Shown: positions 55,903-61,300 of the stretch, piece after piece
Layout of the letters: each line of letters begins with the position of its first letter
Position numbering within the stretch: the first letter of the stretch is position 1
Assembly (NCBI GenBank): GCA_942492955.1
Contig: OW818644.1
Coordinates: forward strand, 770,327 to 834,326
Length of the DNA stretch: 64,000 nucleotides
From: an uncultured Methanomassiliicoccales archaeon
Lineage (GTDB): Archaea; Thermoplasmatota; Thermoplasmata; Methanomassiliicoccales; UBA472
Reading direction: 5' to 3'
Program-made: the position numbers and the translations under genes
The notes under the pieces: generated by a model
Told to the model about the DNA's origin: nothing
Database searches by the model: none
What the model saw: the letters and a program-made list of their open reading frames with translations, nothing else

Positions 55903-56370
55903 TCATTTCAGCGCCCTGATGATGAGTTCGATGAGATAGTCTGACGCTAACCTTTTCACGACCGTCCTATCACCTTCGAAGAGCATCCTCTCCGCCCATA
56001 TTTTATCGCCGTCATCAATGGCAAAGTATACCAGGCCGACCGGCTTCCCCGGCCTCTCGCCGCCAGGGCCAGCGATCCCTGTGACGGAAACCCCTATGCT
56101 GGTATGGAACCTGTTCCTGACCCCGGCGGCCATCTCCAACGCGCACTGCTCGCTCACCGCGCCTTGATAGGTGATGGTTCCTTCCTTTACCCCTAGCATC
56201 TCGACCTTCGAGCGATCACTATAACAAACGACAGCGCCTAGAAAATAATCGGACGAACCTGGCACGTTGGTGATCAGATCGCTCGCCAGACCGCCGGTGC
56301 ACGACTCTGCCAGGGAAACGGTCGCACCCTTGGACCTAGCTATCTTCCCCAATTCCACTTCCAGAGTCAT
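55903..56370 (-). CDS. CinA C-terminal domain protein / nicotinamide-nucleotide amidohydrolase (PncC-like)
   Basis: TVSLAESCTGGLASDLITNVPGSSDYF and GVSVTGIAGPGG are CinA-C hallmarks. Confidence 0.85.
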   Translation of the reverse strand: MTLEVELGKIARSKGATVSLAESCTGGLASDLITNVPGSSDYFLGAVVCYSDRSKVEMLGVKEGTITYQGAVSEQCALEMAAGVRNRFHTSIGVSVTGIAGPGGERPGKPVGLVYFAIDDGDKIWAERMLFEGDRTVVKRLASDYLIELIIRALK

Positions 56371-56911
56371 CTTCCATCTTCCTCCTTAGATTCGGGGTCA
56401 GGTCCCTGATGCGGTTGATGCCGTCGATATCATCGATCACCTTGACCACGGCCGGCGGTACCAGGTCCTTCCATTCCGCCCCCATCGACATCCTGCGCCT
56501 GATCTCCGTCCCGGAGTAGATCTCCCGGTTGAACATGGGAGAATCGTGGATCTCATATCGCGCCTCGGAGAACAGCCTCCTGGTCAGACTGTTGTTGGTG
56601 AAGACCACCTCGAAAGGCGGCACCATGGAGACCACATGAGAGACCCAAACGGCATAGCGGTTTATGTCCACGATCGGGACCAGGAAATACTCCTTCAGTC
56701 CCTCGTCCTTGAGAGCGCGGGAGATCATCAGATGCCTCTCACCGGCGGTAAAGGGATTCTCATAGGTGTGGGAATACTGGGCGCTGCCGATTCCGATTAT
56801 CAGCGAATCGCATTTCTTGGCGATGGATCGCACAACCTCCAGGTGACCCTTATGGAAAGGCTGGAAACGCCCAATCAGCAGGCAGTTCGAGAAATGCTCC
56901 GGTACGTCCAT
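56336..56911 (-). CDS. nadM: nicotinamide-nucleotide adenylyltransferase, archaeal type
   Basis: LLIGRFQPFHKGHLEVV (the (H/T)xGH nucleotidyltransferase motif as in archaeal NMNAT) and a later SGTEIRRRM motif. The 3' end overlaps the cinA-like gene by 35 nt. Confidence 0.9.
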   Translation of the reverse strand: MDVPEHFSNCLLIGRFQPFHKGHLEVVRSIAKKCDSLIIGIGSAQYSHTYENPFTAGERHLMISRALKDEGLKEYFLVPIVDINRYAVWVSHVVSMVPPFEVVFTNNSLTRRLFSEARYEIHDSPMFNREIYSGTEIRRRMSMGAEWKDLVPPAVVKVIDDIDGINRIRDLTPNLRRKMEDDSGSGIGEDS

Positions 56912-57051
56912 TTTTATAACCGATGTCTTTAATGTCTAACTGGCTATAAGAATCCTGAGCCTGTGGGGCATCTAGAAACCCAAGTTTTGGTCCTTGTGGA
57001 GGGCTGGCGCCCTCCAAGCATTGTATGTTATTCCTCTGCTCATCAATTCCT

Positions 57052-57288
57052 TCAATTGGTTGTCATGGATCTTGCTCGGACGGCCTCCCCATGATCCATT
57101 TCGATGAAGGGAACGGTCCAGACATCTCTCACTTCGCCCGCAGCGTATGGATGGATATGTAGATGTCCTTCTGCCCCCGGCCGTCGCTGATCGTTCGGCA
57201 TGGGGTGGGGCGTGCTCCAGGTCCCCTGCGGAGGAGTCACCTCCGCTGTGTATAGTCCGTCCCTTTGCTTAACGATCTTGATCGGCAT
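57052..57288 (-). CDS. hypothetical small protein downstream of the toxin/immunity pair
   Basis: 78-aa ORF from ATG at 57288 (GTG at 57297 also in frame): MPIKIVKQRDGLYTAEVTPPQGTWSTPHPM... No family recognised. Coding status is uncertain. Confidence 0.3.
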   Translation of the reverse strand: MPIKIVKQRDGLYTAEVTPPQGTWSTPHPMPNDQRRPGAEGHLHIHPYAAGEVRDVWTVPFIEMDHGEAVRARSMTTN

Positions 57289-57496
57289 TATTTCCACTCC
57301 CCTATGGGAAGCCGACCCTCGTATCCTCGTCCCGCTATTTCAGCTCGTTCTACTTTAAAGAACTTGCCAGAGATGCCTACCGCCGAGATATAGGGACTCG
57401 TTTGTCTTTCCGTCCGGGCCGACCTGAAGCATAGGTCGTGCCAGCGTACACGAAGCAGTTGAACAGAGTTATGACGGTTCTCGCGAGAGGCCTGGA

Positions 57497-58360
57497 TCAC
57501 TCCTCGACGATCACCGGTTCGAAGACAACTCTCTTGATGTTGTGTCTCGAGAACAGCTGATACACCTTGTGGCTCACGATCCGCTCTGGACGAGCATCAT
57601 ACAGACCGAGCCATTCCGAGGTCTCGTTGAAATCCTTAGCGTCCCTCAGGGACTGCCTCCCGTACCTGATGGGAACGGCCACACCATAGATTGGATCCAA
57701 CGCTCGGTTTCGGCCGAACTTGCCGCACGTGCATCGTTTTGGGCCCGCTTCGGGCAGCTTTGCATCGACTATCTCCGTGGTCGGGGACATAGGGGGCAGG
57801 GTGTTAACGATATGGAGCTGGCTATAACCTGGGACCAGCATGTTCTTCTTGTACCTGAGCAGGGGCCAGAACTCGGCGCCCGTCAGGCCGGCATCCTCGA
57901 TGAGCTTCCTGAGGCGGTCGGTCACCAGGAACTCGTAGGTCCAGTTCAGGGCCAGGATGTCGTTCCTGCCGAATCTCGGCAAGCCCTTCACCTGGAACGG
58001 TCTGTCCTGGATCGCCCCAAAGCCGCACTTGGGGCAGGCGGTGCCGAGGTCATACGACGCCCTCTGCCATGCGTCCATCTCCTCCTCTGGCTGTGGATAT
58101 CCCCAGTACCCGGCCTGGCTCATACAGAGGAACTCGGCACTGTCCAATTCCTTCACCGTGAACTGCTTTTCTCTCATATCTGTGGGTCTTATTTCCATCC
58201 TTTGCAGTTCGTCCATGAGGCAAGGGTACCTCTCGTCGTCTATGTAGAGGTAGACGATGCCGACTATTTTCTCCTCTACGTCGATCTCCAAAGAATCGAA
58301 AAGGCCCCTTAGCCGATCAAGTTCTTCTGGACGGAAGACTAACCTCGATCTGATTCTCAT
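57497..58360 (-). CDS. putative immunity protein for the upstream Rhs C-terminal toxin (Imm11/double-CXXCG-like C-terminal domain)
   Basis: ATG lies 9 nt after the Rhs TAG stop, behind GGAGGG. The C-terminal ~180 aa carry CPKCG and a second Cys pair (RCTCGKFG). They also carry two segments, FLVTDRLRKLIEDAGLTGAEFWPL and IVSHKVYQLFSRHNIKRVVFEPV, reminiscent of Imm11/DUF1629-type immunity proteins (from memory). Confidence 0.65.
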   Translation of the reverse strand: MRIRSRLVFRPEELDRLRGLFDSLEIDVEEKIVGIVYLYIDDERYPCLMDELQRMEIRPTDMREKQFTVKELDSAEFLCMSQAGYWGYPQPEEEMDAWQRASYDLGTACPKCGFGAIQDRPFQVKGLPRFGRNDILALNWTYEFLVTDRLRKLIEDAGLTGAEFWPLLRYKKNMLVPGYSQLHIVNTLPPMSPTTEIVDAKLPEAGPKRCTCGKFGRNRALDPIYGVAVPIRYGRQSLRDAKDFNETSEWLGLYDARPERIVSHKVYQLFSRHNIKRVVFEPVIVEE

Positions 58361-58369
58361 GGACCCTCC

Positions 58370-61300
58370 CTAGGGAAGATACGGAGATATGGCTCTGAAC
58401 CATTCAGAACCCTCTCCATAGACTCCAGCGTAGATTCCTCTGAGCTGACCTTGAACTTGTTCATCGACATATTTTGAGCCATATGGTAGATGGCCCCTTA
58501 ACATCTGTGTAATTGTATTGTGATCAGCATGCGTCAGAGCCACTGCAGGTACGTCTTTCATACTCTTGAACCCTAGGTTCTTAGCGACCCTCCATTCCAG
58601 GAGCTTGTGCCTCTCCATGCCCTTGGGCAGGGGAATCTTCTGCAGCTCCCCATACGGCATGATTTCGCTTTTGCCAAGATGACCTACTAAATCTGGCGCT
58701 CGAGCAGCATCGTTCATCCGCCTAGATTCCAAGAGGTCCTTAGCCCTTTCAACAGCCTTCTCGCCATCTAAGGCTTTGTCCGCCGCCCTCTCTGCATCGA
58801 ACCCCTTGTCGATGATCTTCCCGACCTTGACCAAGCCCCCGATCGCGGGGAGGAACGGCACGGCGGTGCACACGACATCAACAGCGGTCCATCCCCAGTT
58901 CTCCGGTGTGGGATCGTTCCATAGCTCCACAATGTCCCATGCTAAACATGCGACGTCGAAGATAGTGTCTAAGAACGCACCGGTCGGGTCGGTATGTATC
59001 AGCGGGCTGTTCGCGCAGTACACGTACCGGTTCAGCGTCTGGGGCATGGAAAGGTGTCCGAGTTCGGGATCAAGTGCCATGAATCTGCCGGTGCTCGGGT
59101 CCATGTACCTTGCCGAAAGGTACACCAGACCGGTCGGCGAATCGACGATCTCTCCGGTGTAGGAGAACTTGTCCGTTCCGGCCGGGGAATAGATCTGTCC
59201 GAACGGCTTGTAAGTGACCGCCCATGACATGCAGTCCTGGATGTTCTTGTTGCCGTTGCGGAGCACGAACCGGGTGCTGCCCAGCGCGTCGGAGATGTAG
59301 ACGTAGCTCTCGCCTGCGCTCACGACCCGGAGGTCCAGCCCTCCGCTCAGGTAGATGTCCTTCTGACCACGGCCGTCGCTGGAGTTGAAGTAGATGGGGT
59401 CGTGTCCTGCGTAGATGTACCGGGTGATGGTCCCGGACTCCTCGGTCTTGGCGCGGGCGCCGTTGGCGTCATAGTAGTAACGGGCCACGGTCGTCAGCGC
59501 CCCCCAGCCGCCGGAGTACAGCTGCTTCCTGACCTCGGTCATCTGGCCGAACGCGTTGTAGATGTAGTTGTAGCGGACAGCGGAGGAGTTCTTCCAGAAG
59601 ACGTTGCCGTTGGCATCGTACACGTAGGAGTACGTCCCGTCCAACGTCAGCTTGTTGTACGTGGTGTATGTGGATGAGACGTTCGTGCCCTCGTTCTTCC
59701 AGATACGGTTTCCGACGCTGGAGTAGCCGTACTGGATCGTTCCGAAGGTGGAGTTGGCCATCGCTTTCGTCAGCCGGCCGAGCGAATCGTACCAGTAGTA
59801 CTCGTTCCCGGCCGAGCCGAAGGCGTCCTTGATGCTCGAGACGTCACCATCGGCGGTGAAATCATAGTTCAGGTCGAGGATGGTCACCCCGCTGCTGACG
59901 TTCACCGCCTTGATCTTGCCCACCATCCCGTTCGTCTTGTACGTGTACGTCACCGAACAGTTGGAGTCGCAATACCGCTTCGACGCCACGGAATCGTCCG
60001 GGTTGTAAGTGACGTTGAGGAGGAGGGTGTTCCCCATCTTCACGTCCACCGCCCGGCCATAGCGGTCGTACAGGTACGTTATCCGCCTGGCGTCCGGATA
60101 GTCGACGTAGACCACGTCCCCGACGGCGTTGTACGCGTACGTGAACGTGTAAGTGTTCGGCGAAACCTTCTGCACCGTGCGGTACAGCCGGTCGCGGCTG
60201 TCGTAATGGTAGGAGATGTTCCCCAGGCTGTTGACCTTCTCCGAGACCAGCCCGTCGGCGTTGTACCTCGTACGGATCGTTTCGCCGCCGCCAGTGACCC
60301 GGATGTTGTTGCCGGCGGTGTCGTAGGCGCTGGTGGTGACCTGCCCGGACCTTGATGTGGCGGTGAGGACCCGGCCAGCCTCGTCATAAGCGTAAGATTC
60401 GCTCTTCGCGTCCGGATAGGCGATGGAGGTCTGCCTTCCCAGCGTATCGTACGACATCCTGGTCACCTCCCCGTTGTCCTGCCTTACGGTGACCAGCTGG
60501 CCTACGGCGTTGTAGGCCATCCTGGTGACGTAGAAGGCGGACGCGGTGATGTACTCCCGGGTCTGGTTCAGCCGGCCGAGGTCGTCAAAGACGCTGACGG
60601 TCTTATGGCCCAGCTCGTCCAACGCGGTCACCAGCTTGTTCCTGTCGTCATAGGTCGTGTACGAGATGGTGTTGTCCGGGTTCTTGACCGAGGTGACCCG
60701 GCCCAGGTAATCATAGGTATACGTGACGACCCGGTTCATCTCGTCCGTGGCGGTGGCCACCTGGTCCTGCCAGTTGTAGGTCTTTTTGGTGACCGAATAG
60801 ACAACGCTCCCGGTTCCGTACCGCTCCGCCTTCATCTCCCGGCCGAGCCGGTCGAAAAAGACGACGCTCTTGCGGCGGAGCTCGTCGTAGACGGTGGCCT
60901 TGTTCGCCGAGTCGTCAAACAGCGTATAGGAGTTCGTGTAGTCCGGGTTCTCCTGATAGATGACCCGGCCGATCTCATCATATTGCCAATGACTCGTGTG
61001 TCCAAGGGGATCCGTCGCCGAGGTCACCCAGCTATTCAAGTGGTCATGATCGTAGCTTGACTTCGCCGAGGTCAGATCGTTGAATGTGAGGTCATCCACG
61101 TACATCCGGAATTCATCAATGAAGGCCCATGAACCGTAGGTGTAGATCTCGAAGCGCACCTTGACGCACTGCGACCAATCGATGTTGAAATCGCTGTTCG
61201 GATAGAGGGCCGGGTTTAGCCAGGTGTTGGTGGCGGGTTTCCCCCAGATGCATTTTGTGATCGAGGGGTTGCTGACCGTCTTGTTGTTGGTAGAGCCGCT

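Noticed and set aside
54270-58312. Long antisense ORFs opposite the KaiC-like genes (54270-54929, 55064-55576) and the immunity gene (57542-58312).
   Set aside because: Each is the mirror frame of a gene with clear motifs or coupling signals. Their translations are Arg/His/Leu/Val-rich shadows without recognisable domains.
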